Assembly (NCBI RefSeq): GCF_009914755.1
Contig: NC_060948.1
Length of the DNA stretch: 64,000 nucleotides
Source: the human T2T-CHM13v2.0 reference genome, Homo sapiens
Direction: 5' to 3' (one strand)
Shown: positions 23,301 to 37,451 of the stretch, piece by piece
Layout of the letters: every line of letters begins with the position of its first letter
Numbering within the stretch: the stretch's first letter is position 1
The notes under the pieces: model-generated
The model's input: only the letters and a program-made list of their open reading frames with translations
The model's database searches: none
Told to the model about the DNA's origin: nothing
Made by a program: the position numbers and the translations under genes

Positions 23301-23543
23301 ATGTTGCAAAATACAAATGTGAAACTGTATTTGTGAAATTTACCATTCATTGAAATTATATTTTCATACCTACCCAGGCACAGAATTTTTTATAACTGTC
23401 TGCATGTTCTCCTCATGTGGGGGAAAAGCAGCATCAGCAGGCAGAGGAATCCTTTGAAGCTGGAGGGAGAGGTTGCAGTGATCTGAGAGTTTGCCACTTG
23501 ACTGCAGCCTGGATGACACAGTGAGACTCCAACTGAAAAGAAA

Positions 23544-23582
<39 letters not shown>

Positions 23583-23657
23583 CCAAAATTGATAAGTAAA
23601 AAAAAAATCCATATTCGAAAACATGCTCACAGGCTATCTCCCATATCTAAAACACAG

Positions 23658-23689
<32 letters not shown>

Positions 23690-24824
23690 ACAATTCCTTG
23701 AAAACGAAAGTTCCACAAGGGCAAAAGAAGAAAACAAATTTAACACCCCCCAAAGAAAGTACAAAGAGTAACCTCAAAAGAACCGCAGGGGAAAACAATT
23801 CAAAATTTACAAGTATCTACCCTAAAAGAAGCTGAAAGTCCCTCAAAAACTTTCCAGAGGCCATGTCCTTGTATTACAAAAATGATCATAAAAACTGGCA
23901 GGAGTAGACGAATAGAAATGCATCTTAAAACTTGCTAAACCCTTCAAGTCTCCCATAAGAATTGTAATGGAAAATGGATCGGTCGGCAGCTTTTTCCATA
24001 CAATTATGAACAAATTATATTTCTTCATACATAGATTTGTTTTTTCAATATTCTAAGGAATTAACTTTTATATTAATAGTAGGTGATGTAAGAAAGCAGG
24101 CCTTTATCAAGATAACTGACACTGGATGTCCATACCATTACTCAGGTGGGCCTTAATTCCCAGCCGGGTTCCCTCCCTGGACACACACTGAAGGTCCCCA
24201 GCCATTTGGCAATCTCTTCACATTCCCAGCCCTGGAGGTAGCCCTAAAATACATGTACCTGAAGAAAATAAAACATTGCCTCACACTGGAGCCCAGTGTG
24301 GTCCTCCAGATTCCGTGTGAGGTGGACTAACTTATATGGGAAGGCAGGGCAGCGGGAGTGAGGATGGCAGAGAGGATTACACATGTCAAGGCAGCCGGGG
24401 TCATGGAAACAAAACATGACTGGCCTGGGAGAAACACTGTGAAAGGACATACACCTAGGTGGGCCTCAGGTGGACATCCTCGTGGAGAAAAAGGGGGCCC
24501 TGGTTGATCTCAAAATGAGCCCCAGGTGGTAGCAGGTCTTACCGCAGGGCAGGGAGCTGGCGAGTAATGATGAGACAGCTATCCCTTAAGCCCTGCTTGT
24601 CACCCACTGACTTTAGCCACATATGCATCATAGTGGCTTAAGGTGCCCCGATCCTGAAATGTGGGTGTTACATGTCCCTGATGGGCCTCTCTCCCCCAAC
24701 CCACGGATTGCCTGGGATTGCTCACTGCAGTCTCCTCCCGGATCCTTGGGTTCTCCATGTGGGGCCCAGATCCAGGTCAAAAGGCCTCTCAGTTCCCAGC
24801 CCTTCCCAGCCCTAGGCTGCTCGC

Positions 24825-27049
24825 CTGGCCTCCTCTCTGTTCCGCCTCTAGGGCTGACCCTCTCTCCATGGGATAGAACTGCAATGGATTGAGCCATAGG
24901 CCCTGGCTGATGATCTAGGGGACTGCAGAAGTGGGTCCAGGACAGTTCAGGTGACAGTTCAAAGCCAATTCCCCAGAGACCAAGGAATGACCAGCTAGGT
25001 CCTTTCCCATGATGCCCCACGGCGAACCCCACCTCAGCAATCCTGCCAAAACCCGGGCAGTCATGTTCAGCCAAACAGCTGAATGAGCTCAGGTAGGAGG
25101 TGTACTGCCTGCAGCTGGAGGCTTGACCTTCGTGATCCCAGAACCGCTGGACTGCAGTGGAATGAGACACCCTGTAGCCTGCAGGGAGAGGAGTCAGGAA
25201 GGTTCATGCCAGTCCCACCCTCCCACACACCAGCTCCCCTACCATGCTGGGAGGCATTCCTTACCGAGGATGCCAACACAGTGCTCCTTCATGATGATTT
25301 CACTGTGGAAATAAAGGTTGGGATGAAAGGAAATCATCCTGCCACCGGTAACCGGGATGGCTGAGTTCCTCCACCTGCCGGATCAAGGAGAAAGAGGATG
25401 GATTCAATGGGACCATCTCAACTAGCCGGGCTGAGGTGGCCTACTAGCTGTAGTGAACCATGAGTTTCCCCTTCCCAGCTCTCCCACTGAGACAACCCTG
25501 GTCCCCAGGGGGACCTCAAACTGACTCAGACACTGGACTCCTCCCACAGACCCAGGCTCCCCAGCCTGACCTGCAAATCCATCACGTAGCAAAGCAGGAC
25601 TTCCGCATGCTTTCCGACCCACGCCGACATCTCGTGTGCCAAACAATCTACCTCTGCGCAAGAACTCTCCAGAGGATTGGGTGGGCAAGCCTCGTGACGC
25701 CTTGCAATTTCGCAAGAACACAGACAATGTGGAACAGGGCCATCTCCCAGACATTTGGCCAGTCACCCTTCATTGTTGGCCCTCTATCTCTGTCTGGCGA
25801 GGAGGCAACGCCACAACTGTGGTGGTTTTTGGAGTGGGTGGACCCCGGCCAAGACGGCCTGGGCTGACCAGAGACGGGAGGCAGAAAAAGTGGGCAGGTG
25901 GTTGCAGCTGAGGGACGGGAGGGACCGGGGGTGGTGTGAGGCGGCTGCTTCTCTGAGTTTCTGAGATGCAGGAGGCCTTTGTGTGCTGGGTGCTGGACAT
26001 GCTCCGCTGATGTCCGGGTGTGTGGTGTCCTCTTATCCTAGTCTCCCTGAGGGGTGGGCCTGTCCACCTGAGGGAAGCCTTGTAGTTAGAAGCCACAGCA
26101 GGGTCGTGCCTGGCGCTCTCCAAGGGAATTGCGTGGGTCCAGAGGAAGTTATACAGGCTCAGGGCCTACACGCCTTTGAGTGCAGCGCCTGCAGTTGGAT
26201 GAATGCGCATCTGCGGAGCTGGTGCCCGCCGTCAGGTGGTCGGCAGCCCCATGCGCCGCGAACCCGTCTTAAGCACCTTGCGTTTCTGGGGTGAGCCTGC
26301 TGGAAACAGGCACCGAGAGCAGGGGTGGTTCAATGGCTGGTAATGGCATACAGATTCCCCGTCCTCCAGGGACGTTCCCAGGGAAACGCGTCCTTCGAAT
26401 TTGGGCTGTGCGCAAAGGGACCTTGGCGCCGCGATTCTCCCTTGTCAGTGCTGGCCCTGGCTCCCCTTCCCTACCACGTGCTCCCAGGGCTGCTACAAGC
26501 GAGCTGCCCTCACAGCTGCGGGAACGTGGCCTCGGCTCCCACGCTGTCCCCCATCCCCTGCCTCCTGGCTGACCCCACGTGCCTCCCACCTGGCTCCTCC
26601 CCCCAAACAGCCCCCATACCCCCCGAGGCCCGATGACTATCCCCTGCTGCCCGCCATCCCAAATCGGCAGCCGCAAGGATATGGCTCTGGCTCACAAGGC
26701 GGAGATGCTCTGTGGCCTGGGGCATTCACGGAGCCCAGCTCCAAGTGAAGGACCTCCAGCGAGTCCATTGACGGCCCCGGTGTGCTCGGTCCAGGGCCAG
26801 GCTGTGCCCGCTGGCCCTCCTTCTGCCACCCCACGTCGGGCTCCACCTCAACCACCACCTCCACCTCAGCCATGATGTCTTCCACCTTCAGCACCGCCTC
26901 CTCTTCCAAGGCCGCCTCCTTGCTCTGTACCCCGGCCGTCCTCTCCAGCATTGCCTCCAGCCTGAACACGGTTTTCTCCTGGGTGCTCCCACAGACCCTG
27001 GGCCTGCGCAGCCCAGCCCAGCCCAGCCCATGCCCCGCACCCGTAGGCT
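24825..27049 (-). pseudogene. FAM197Y: Inverted degenerate TSPY paralog, unit 2
   Basis: Copy of 4501-6725 at offset 20324 (ORFs 24628..25170 and 26637..27401). Confidence 0.85.
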
Positions 27050-28024
27050 CTGGGGGCCCGCTCCCCAGCAGACCCGCTCCCTGCAAGACCCACGGGCGTC
27101 GCCCTGCTGTGAACCTGGTCCCACACCTACGTGGACCCAGGTTTCCTGAGGAGCTCCGCTGGACCCGCAGATCCCGCACTGGCCAAAGGGCTCCGGTCCC
27201 CAGCAGGCTCAACTGCGCACAGGAGCTCGGGAGCCAGAGGCCCCGGCCCTGGGCTTGCAGAGCCCCACCAACAGGCACCGCAACCGCTGCTGCGGGTGCG
27301 GGAGCCTCTGGGTCGTCAAGGCAGCGCACAACAGCGTGCGCGCAGGCCGACAATGGCCACCCCTGGCGGCTGGCCTCTGGTGTGCCCAGGGCATAGGACA
27401 AGAGGCCCTTTGGAATGCTCCTTGGAGTACAGCATCCTCAGGGAGGAAGCATGGTACTCGGAGCCTCTATTTGCCTCGACCTGTGAGAGTGTGTGCCGGG
27501 GCTCTGGCCTCTACAGCAGATCAATTCCACCTCAGCACCGGCAGGCGACTTTCCTCCCACGTGCCCGCCCCGATCACTTCCCCCAGGACACCCCTGCCGC
27601 CCTAGCCCCAGCAACCAGAGAGAGTTCTCTGCATCTGCTGTATTACCTCCGTACCATCTACCTGGCCTGCCTAACGAAGAGAGATGTTTCCTGTGTTCAT
27701 GACACATAGAGATGTTCATGGCTTGCCACACTGAGGATGTCAGGGCACAGGGCTGCCATGCCCACAATTCCAAAGGCCACGCAGCCCGCGTGTGCCCGGA
27801 TGCCTAGCTACCCGGCACAAGCTCCAAGGGCTTCTCGGAGGAGGCTTGGGCAGGGAAGGCGGGGGGTGGGGGGGCTGGAGATGCAGGCCCGCCAGTGGCT
27901 GTGCCGCCCAGGGAGACGCCCACCGCCCTCCCATTGATTGGCCACGACCGGAGGAAGTCGGCCTGGGTGCGGCCCCCCGGCCCTTCGCGCGCAGTCCCTT
28001 AGGGGGCGCCTGGAAGCCCGGCGC

Positions 28025-30587
28025 ATGCGCCCTGAGGGCTCGCTGACCTACCGGGTGCCAGAGAGGCTGCGGCAGGGTTTCTGTGGCGTGGGTCGGGCAG
28101 CACAGGCCTTGGTGTGTGCGAGTGCCAAGGAGGGCACCGCCTTCAGGATGGAGGCTGTGCAGGAGGGGGCGGCCGGGGTGGAGAGTGAGCAGGCGGCTTT
28201 GGGGGAGGAGGCGGTGCTGCTGTTGGATGACATAATGGCGGAGGTGGAGGTGGTGGCGGAGGAGGAGGGCCTCGTGGAGCGGCGGGAGGAGGCCCAGCGG
28301 GCACAGCAGGCTGTGCCTGGCCCTGGGCCCATGACCCCAGAGTCTGCACTGGAGGAGCTGCTGGCCGTTCAGGTGGAGCTGGAGCCGGTTAATGCCCAAG
28401 CCAGGAAGGCCTTTTCTCGGCAGCGGGAAAAGATGGAGCGGAGGCGCAAGCCCCACCTAGACCGCAGAGGCGCCGTCATCCAGAGCGTCCCTGGCTTCTG
28501 GGCCAATGTTGTATCCTTCTCAGTGTTTCTTCGGCCTTTCTAGTGGAGAGGTGCTCTCGGGGAAGTGTAAGTGACCGATGGGCAGCTCGGCGTCGATGTG
28601 ACTCTTTGGGGAACAAAGGGGAGTTGCCACGGACCAATGTGGCTGTGGAAAGCCGGAGCAGGCGTGGGTACTATTGTCCTGCATGCGGCAGAGAAACCCT
28701 TGGTGATGCCGAGCCGCAGACGTTTGGGGCATCTTTTTGAAGAGCAGAAGCGAGTTCAGAGCGGAAGAGGTTTTTCAGTGAATGAAGCTATTTTTAAGGG
28801 AGTGTGATTGCTGCCCCTTGCTAGTCCGATCTGGGACTGGGCGTCTTCGGCTATAAGCAGATTCTGCCACTCCTCAGACACCAGCAAGTCTCTGCAAATC
28901 GCGCCTCCCCATGTCAGTGCAGTCAGCCTCAGAATCATACACCCTCTGTGAACACAGGAGGCCTTAGTTTACGGGGACGGGGAGGCGAAAGGAGATCATA
29001 CATGGAAGCAGATCTGAGAAATCCCCTACCCCAGCCTCTGGGTGCTCTTAGGCCTTCTTCCCTGTTGCTCCTCGCTTTCCCTTCCATCGTGTGTAAAGTC
29101 TCTTTGACCTAAATCAGATTGCAAACCACCCCCAGATGTCAGCCCTGATCACTGACGAAGATGAAGACATGCTGAGCTACATGGTCAGCCTGGAGGTGAG
29201 GCCAGGAAGACTGGGGCTAGAGGGTTTAGCGGGGGAGGGTAAGGGAAATAATTCATTCCTGTAAGCAAGAGTGAGCACCTCACCCGAAAACCTATCTAAG
29301 CTTTCTCCACCTTGTCCTGACAGGTGGAAGAAGAGAAGCATCCTGTTCATCTCTGCAAGATCATGTTGTTCTTTCGGAGTAACCCCTACTTCCAGAATAA
29401 AGTGATTACCAAGGAATATCTGGTGAACATCACAGGTGACAGGTGGCTCCCAGGATGGGTAGTGGAAGGAAGATGGTGGGTGGATCATTGCCAACGGGAT
29501 CCAGCCCCCTTCCCACAAAAACTCCTGTCTCTGTAGAATACAGGGCTTCTCATTCCACTCCAATTGAGTGGTATCCGGATTATGAAGTGGAGGCCTATCG
29601 CCGCAGACACCACAACAGCAGCCTTAACTTCTTCAACTGGTTCTCTGACCACAACTTCGCAGGATCTAACAAGATTGCTGAGGTGAGTCCTCACTGGGAA
29701 ACATGAGGAATGACCCCGTGTGTTCCCAGCTGCTTGGGTCACCTTTCTGAGCCCTGATGAGGCCTTTCCCGATTGAGTCCCCTGACAGATCCTATGTAAG
29801 GACCTGTGGCGCAATCCCCTGCAATACTACAAGAGGATGAAGCCACCTGAAGAGGGAACAGAGACGTCAGGTGAGCCGTTAGTTGGCACTGGAGCTGTTT
29901 GATGCCCAGTATAAGGGGGTTGACACACCTGCCTATTCAGGGAGCCTGGGTGCTCATTTCAGAAATGTAGAAATTGAGGCTCCTTTCGTACATGTAGAAA
30001 TTCCTTGAGAGGAAGACAGAGAGTGACAGAATCCAGGACGTTCATGGCATTGGGCTGAAAAGGCACGTTAGAGACTGCACTGCAAAGCGGGTGATAGCTG
30101 TGGAGTCTTAAGCCCAGTGAAGAATCGTCCATTTCCAGAATCAATGAGAAGTAAAGCTGAAAATCATTCAGTTCAGTCTGTGGCACTTGATTCCACGGCT
30201 GTCAACCCCACCGGCAGTCATCCCACCAACCCCATGAGATTGGGCTCCCTGAATGTGCGTCCTGGTCATCCTTGCCCCAAACCACAAAGGACTGTTTAGA
30301 TTGATGGATTTCCTTAAGCTGTTGCCCCATCAGACTTGTGTGTGCTTTTAGGGCCCAGTGCATCTTGTTAGCTGACTCCCCTCACAGACAATACTGGGAA
30401 TGGGGCAGGGATTGCGCAGAACAGTTTGTAACACGTGGTAGGAGGAAGTTTAAGGGATCACAAATGGGGAAGGGATATCCTTTTCTCAGCGGGCCCCACA
30501 ATTGAAACATTTCAAAGTATGGCTCAGAGAAAATGCGTTTTAACATGAGTTTGTGTTTCTCTAGGGGACTTCCAGTTGTTGAGTTGA
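28025..30587 (+). CDS. TSPY: TSPY copy 2, 308 aa; exons 28025-28510, 29118-29195, 29324-29435, 29537-29682, 29789-29870, 30565-30587
   Basis: Exon sizes 486/78/112/146/82/23, intact frame and splice sites. E190; C-terminus GDFQLLS*. Confidence 0.97.
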
Positions 30588-30813
30588 ATATGATGGAGCA
30601 TCAGATTTTACCTAATACAGCAGAACTCCTAAAAAGTTACAGCCATATGCAGGACGGCAGTACTCAGCATGGTCTTATGCACAGGAACTAAAGGAAAAAG
30701 AGATCGAGTCACAAAAATTCAGGAAGAGGGGGTAAATGTGGATTGTATGGAATGAAAAATAAACATTCTCAAGGATGTGTGACTCTGTGTCTGTGTGTGT
30801 GTGTGTGTGTCTT

Positions 30814-30854
<41 letters not shown>

Positions 30855-33800
30855 TTATCCACTTTATTCGGGTGTCATAATGAATTGATCAATCCACGTG
30901 CTTTATTCTCTTCATGGAAATAACCAGTCTGCGTTGGAGCTGGGCCTCTAAAGTTGTAGAGTGAATGGGTGTGGGATGTGTTGGGATTCTTCCTACAGGA
31001 CAGAGTGGGAGAGGTAAAAGCAAAAGACAGCTTAGTTGGAGGCTGACTTCGTCCTGTGGAAGCAGAGATAGTTCAAGGAAAGGGGTTACTGGGTTTCCAG
31101 GGCCCAGTTTGCTGGGACCTCCAAAATCCTTCATTTTGGGTATCATCATACACAGTAGCTAAGCACAGGATGATGGAAATCTTAAAGTTCGCTTTCGTGT
31201 TGAATCCACATGTTCTTTTAAAGGTGAATGCATGATCCTTTTCTGGGACAATCAGCCTCTCAGGACTTCTGAAACATCAACGTGAGAAGAAATGGGCATG
31301 TAAGGTGTATGGAGGGACTGTGGGAAAGGTGACAGAGGCATGTGGGAAGGCATTCAGGATACGCTTTTGGCATAGATGACTAAGGGAAAACAGAAACTTA
31401 CAGAAGTGAGGGGAAAGGGGGTGGATTAGTGGAATATAAGATTGTTGGAGAATCCATCCATGGACTCTCTTGTCACTTGATGACCCAGGATATGGACACT
31501 CTTGTTGATGTTTACATCTTTAGTTGTTTTAAGCTTTTCTCCAAGATTCTGTGTTAGGTGAGGAGCCAATAACGTATGTAGCTAACAACAGTACGAGTGC
31601 ATTTTGTGCTCTTGCAAAGTCTAGTGAGGCTCTATTCTCCCTCGTGATTGGCACTGCAGATTGTATCTGGAGCCCAGGGCCCCTAAATTTTCTGTGGCCT
31701 CTTCAGCATAGTTTGCCTAAGGTTTAGAACGTAAAGCGAATATAGTTGCGGAATATGTTTTGCAAGCCTCACACAGGAGGACAAAACATACAGCTTTCAT
31801 TCGCGAGTGGGAGGCTGCTTCCCAGGAACACGTGTGTCTGCACAAGACAAGGGGTTGCCTCTGTCAAGGATGGGGCAGGAGGATTTCAGTGTCGGAGGCA
31901 GAACTTTCTTTCCTGTTCCCAGATGAAACAGTTCCAACACGAGCATCCATGTTGACCACACGCTACTAGAGTGCTAACATTGCTGTCCCGTATAGACTCT
32001 GGTCAGCACAGCTTCTGTGAGAAGAGCTATGTTGTTTCAGGGAAGAGGGTTTGACAGTCAAAGTTCCTGAATCTGTTGTGGTGCCTGCAATATGCATTCT
32101 ACCCCTCCTGCTCGGTGTCAAAGCAGTTGAGCTTTGAAAATCTATCGCCCGGTTTTGTCCCTGCTCCTATGCAGACCTCTGAAGCTCTGGAGCGGGAGTC
32201 TTGTCCTCCTCTGACTACCGTCCCCCTGACCCACAAACACAGGAGAAACAGGTGTTCTAAGCAAATTATTCTGAAAACAGTCGGAACCCTTTGGCCCCCT
32301 CAAGCTGCCCTGTATCCTACTGTGTGCATGTCAAAGACACTGTGGTCCAGTACGGTATCCCTATAGCGGCAATGGGGCAACAGATTGGTGTGTGCACTCT
32401 GGGCAACTCAGATTAGGAAACGTCTGGGGACTTGCCTATAACGAGGTCGTCTTAAAACGTGTTGCCCCAAATTTAAGGCATAGGAAAATGTTGAGGAAAG
32501 GGTCTTGCAATGATTTTTCTAGGAGGTAAATAGATAAGAAAATGACCGTAAATAGATGCCAGGGCTAGTTTTGGAGCTAGCCTGTTTTAAAGTGGTGGTA
32601 GGGGAGGAGCTTTTTCCAAGGCAGGTAGCAAACCAGGAACTGTCTACGATGGATGGGCGTGCCACGGGTTGGTGGCTCAGCCATATTGCCACCCCACCGA
32701 CTGAATGCAGCAGACTGGGCTTCTTCCTTGAATCCTACGTGCAATTCAGTCTAGTGATTTCACATGAGATCCCTTCTTCTGGTATTATCACAGATCGTGC
32801 TGAATTATACAGGCTGTGTAATGCTTCTTCCACTGAATATCCGTGCACGTGGGCCACAGATGCTAAGGGCACTGACAAATTTGCACCGTGCCTCAGTAAC
32901 TCGGAAGCACATCTGTGATTTGTACCGACAGGGACTTGGTGTCTTTTCGTGTTTAAAGTAGCACGTGTGTGTTTGTGGTTGCGTATGTTTATTTCTCTGT
33001 GCGGGTTTGTATATTTTCTCTGACTCCACCTGTGTCTCCGTGGTTCCGATATTTTTCCACACTCCCTGCGACAATTTGCACATGCCTATCTCTACAACCA
33101 TTGTAGACTTTGTATCTGTGTCTTTGAACATCTGTCACTCTCTCTCCCTTCCTTTTTTCTTTTCCTTCCTTTACACCCCTTTCATCCTTCCCTTGCTTCC
33201 CCACCACACTCTCTCCATCTGTATCGTCTATCTTTCTATTCTCTATCTGGGTTTACTTTCTAATTCTGAATTCAAGGGCATTGAATTGAAAAGAAGCACT
33301 CTTCGTACTTTTATGTGTTTTAACTCATTTGGGGAATTTGGCGTGGTATTATTTACAGGGTTCTCTCTGCCCTTTCTCATTGTTCTCCCCAGCCGGGGCT
33401 GTTATTATGTGAAAGCTGGTTTCCTTCATCACATCGCGTAGGCTCTAATGATGTTTCGTTTATTTTGATTCTCCTCACACTACATAGTTTTAATTTACCT
33501 AATGTGACTGTTTTTTTGTTTGTTTTCCGAGAATGGGTCTTACTCTGTCTTCTAGGTTGGACAGCAGCCCCACGATCTCAGCCCACTGCAGCCCAGGCAC
33601 CACACACCCATGTGATCCTGTCAACTCAGACTCTCACACACCTGGCAGTACAGGTGCATGCCACCCCTCCAAGCTATGTATTAATTAACTAAATACTTAC
33701 TTTTTGAATGTGGGTCCATGTTGCCCCAGGCTCATCTGGAACTCCTGAGTGCAGGCAATCCTCCCACCTCAGCTTATCAAAGTGCTGGGATGACAGGTGT

Positions 33801-36676
33801 GACCCATGGCCCTGCCATGGCTTTGTGTTTTTTGCTTTTTTCTTCCTCCTCCTCACGTCTTGTTTTGAAACATGCACTGAAGGTTTCAATTCATGGACTA
33901 TAGTCTCTGTGCCTGGAATTTCTATCTTTCAACTCATCATCAGCATTCATTGGGATTTTCATATATATATACACCTATATAAGAATACCTATGTACACAC
34001 ATATATACGTATATACATGTATATACGTATATATGCACATTTATATACGTATATACATGTATATACGTATATATATACATGTACACATATGTATTTATTT
34101 CTCAAGTTACGAAACGGCTTGCATTCTTTCCTGTGTCATGAAAAAGACTTTGCTAGAAAAGAAAAGCACTGCTTTATAATAAAATATTTTATTTGCATTT
34201 ATTTTGTTAAGGCATTTTAAAAATTGTATGTTTGTTTAAAAAATGTCATATGAAATGATACATATTTACAACTTAAGGCGTGATGTTCAACAGGTCATAT
34301 ACATTATGCATTGGATACATCCAGCCAATCAACATATGTGTGACCTCACATAGTTGTCATTTTTGTTGTGAAAAAACTTGACCTGCACTGTATTCGAATA
34401 TTTTTAGAGAAAGAATATGTTACCACTAGTTATAGTGAGCATGCTGAAGAAAATATTTTTAACCTATTCCTCCTTTATAACTAGAAGTATGAGTTCTTCA
34501 TCCAGCATCTCGTCAGTGCACCCTCTTCACCGCAGTCATTGGAGTCACTACTTCTGTGAAGTCCGCTTTTTTGATTTCATATAAGAATGAGATCATGTGC
34601 TATTTTCCTTTCTGATACCTGGCTTATGTCACTTAACAGAATGGCATGCACACATTCAGCAGATTCCCACACATTCTCACAACTGGCAGGATTTCCTGAT
34701 TTCTTATTGCAGCGCATATTTCCGTTGCGCATATGCGTTTTTGCCCCATTTTTTAATCCACTTATCAATGGAGGGACACTCAGGTTGCTTCCGCATTTTG
34801 GCTACAGCAAAAATGTAATGAGTGCAGCAATAATTGCATGGGTGCGCGCACCGCTTCAACATACTGATCTGTGTACTGGCGGGCGTGCCCGGGTATTCTG
34901 ATTTGCTGGATCATATAGTGGGTGGTTCTACTTGTAGATTTCTGAAGGCTGTTTATACTTAAATAAGAGCCATAAAGCTTCTTTAATGCCAGCACTAATT
35001 TACATTCTCCCCAAAAGTGAGCAGGGAATTCGTTTTCTCTGCCTCCTCACCAGAGATTAGGGTTTTCTTTTCTTTCTTTTTTTTTTTTTGTTTGTTTGTC
35101 TTTCGGATAATATGCATTCTGACTGAAGTGAGAAGAAATCTCATTGTGTTTTTGATTTGCATTTTCGTGATGGATTGGGGATAATGAGGAATTTTTAGTG
35201 TGTCTTCTGGGCAACTGTATGTCTCAGTTTCACAAATGAGTCTTCGCAGCCTTCGCCCATTTGTTTTCATGCTATTGAGTTGTTGGGAGTTCCTTATGTA
35301 CTGTGACTATTCCCCCATGAACAGATGTATGGTGATCCAATCATTGCTCCCATCCTGTAGGATGCCCCTTCTGTATGTTGAGTTTTCTATGGTGTGGTGA
35401 AGCACTTTAGTTTGATATGATTCCATTCTCTATTTTTGATGGTGTTTACTGTGTTCTTGCAGTCACTTTGAGACCATCATTGCACACACGGACGCCATGG
35501 AGCTGCTTCCTTGTGATCTCTTCTGCTATTTTTGTCGTTTCACATCTGACACTGGAGTTTGGTGATAAATAATCCACTTGTAAAATCCTTTGTGTGGCTA
35601 TTCAGATTTCCCCAACCTAGTTTATAGAAGATACTTGATTTTGCATTGGGCGTTCTTGCTTCTTTGGGAAAAGGCTGTGAGCTGCAAATGCAGTGACTTA
35701 GTTCTGGGCTCCTGTTGTTTTTCCTAAGCTCTAGTCTCTGCTTTTCTGCCAGCGCTATTGTATTTTGGTACAAAAAGTTTTGTAGTAGTATATCATGAAG
35801 TTAGGTAGTGGGGTGGCTCCAGCTTTGTGCTTTTTACTGGATTGCTCTGGGTTTTCAGGATCTTCTGCCATTTCATAGCAAATTTGGGATTCCCAGATTG
35901 TTTTCTAAGAAGAATGTGTCATTGATATTTTTACAGGGGTTGTATAGAATCTGAGGATGACTCAGGTAGTAGTGATGTCAATGCCGTTTAGACAATGTGC
36001 GTGTTTGTGTGCACATGCTCAGGGCCAAGAGACACTGGGTGTCCTCACCAATACTGAGGTGGGCCTTAATATCCAGCCAGATTGCCTTCTGGAAACACAC
36101 GGAATGTCCTGTTCTGTTTTGCCATCTCTTCACATTTCCTCCCCTGTGAGCCCTGTGTGGTCCTCCAGATTCCCTGTGCGGTGGCCTGCCTTTTTTGGGG
36201 TGGGGAGTTGCTGGGTGAATGAGGATGGCGGAGGGAACCAAGCATGTCAGTGGAGCGTGGTGTCATCCAAACGGTACTTAGCAGGCCTGGGAGAGTCATT
36301 CTGGGAGGACGCAGACCTAGAGAGGCCTCAGGTGGGCATCTGTGTGGAGGGTGAGAGATCCCTGGTTGAGCCCAAACTGAACCCCAGGTAGAAGCAAGCC
36401 TCAGGACAGGGAAGTAGCTAGCAAGGGATGATGAGGCAGCTATCTCTTGACCCTGGCTTCCCACCCATTGACCTTAGCTACTTATGCCTATTAAGCAGAT
36501 TACGGTTCCCCCATCGTGAAATGTGGGTACCACAGTTCCCTGATGGGCATTTCTCCACCAGCCCATGATGGCCTGAGTTTCCTTACTGCAGTCTCCTCCC
36601 TGAGCCTTGGCTTCTCTATGTGTGTCCTAACTCCAGGACCCACAGGCCTGTCAACCCCCAGCCCTGGGCTGCTTCC

Positions 36677-37451
36677 CTGGCCTCTTCTCTGTTCCCTCTC
36701 TGAGGGCCTAACTCCCTTGGGTAGTGCTGCAGAATATAGAGCCACAGGCCCTGGCTGATGATCTGGTGGACTGGGCAAATTGGTCGTGACAGGTCAGGTT
36801 CTGGTTCAAAGCCAATTCCTCCGATGCCAAGGAATGTCGAAGAAGGTCCTTTGCCATGATGCCCCATAGCTGCCCCACCTCAGCAATCGTGCCGTAACCT
36901 GGGCCCTCACAGTCAGACAACCAGCTGAAGAAGCTCAGGCAGTGACCTGCGGGAAACTCGGGCTTTCACCTGCATGACCCTAGAACCACTGGACTGCAGT
37001 GGAGCCAGTCGCCCTGTATCCTGGAGGGAGACGAGTCAGGAAGGCGCACGCCAGGCCCAGCTCCCGAGGTACTACCCCCTCTACTCCTCAGGGAGGATGC
37101 CAACGCAATACTCCTTAGTCATCACTTTGTTTCCGAAGTAAATGTTGTGATGAAAGGCAAACTTCTTCCTACCCCTTGTATTCAGGGTGGCCGAGTTCCT
37201 CCACCTGCCTGTCCAAGAAGGAGAAACAGGGCTGTGAAGGGGCAATTTCATCTAGGTGGGCTGAGGTGGCACTCTAGCCGGGGTGAAGCATGCGTTTCCC
37301 CTTCCCAGCTTTCCCGCTGAGACACACCTGAGCCCCAGAAGGACCTCAACCTGACCAGGACCTTAGCACCCTCCCCCAGACCCAGGCTTTCCATCCTGAC
37401 CTGCAAATCCAACATGCAGCTTTGAAGGACTTTCTCATGGTTTCTGAGCTC
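36677..37451 (-). pseudogene. Second TSPY-like relic, unit 2
   Basis: Copy at offset 20281 (ORF 36616..36867 contains QIISQGLWLYILQHY). Confidence 0.83.

Noticed and set aside
27938-28024. N-terminal extension of TSPY in copies 2 and 3 (201-aa ORF)
   Set aside because: It starts at a TTG created by the CCAAT-box allele and probably lies upstream of the transcription start. The real start is the ATG at 28025.
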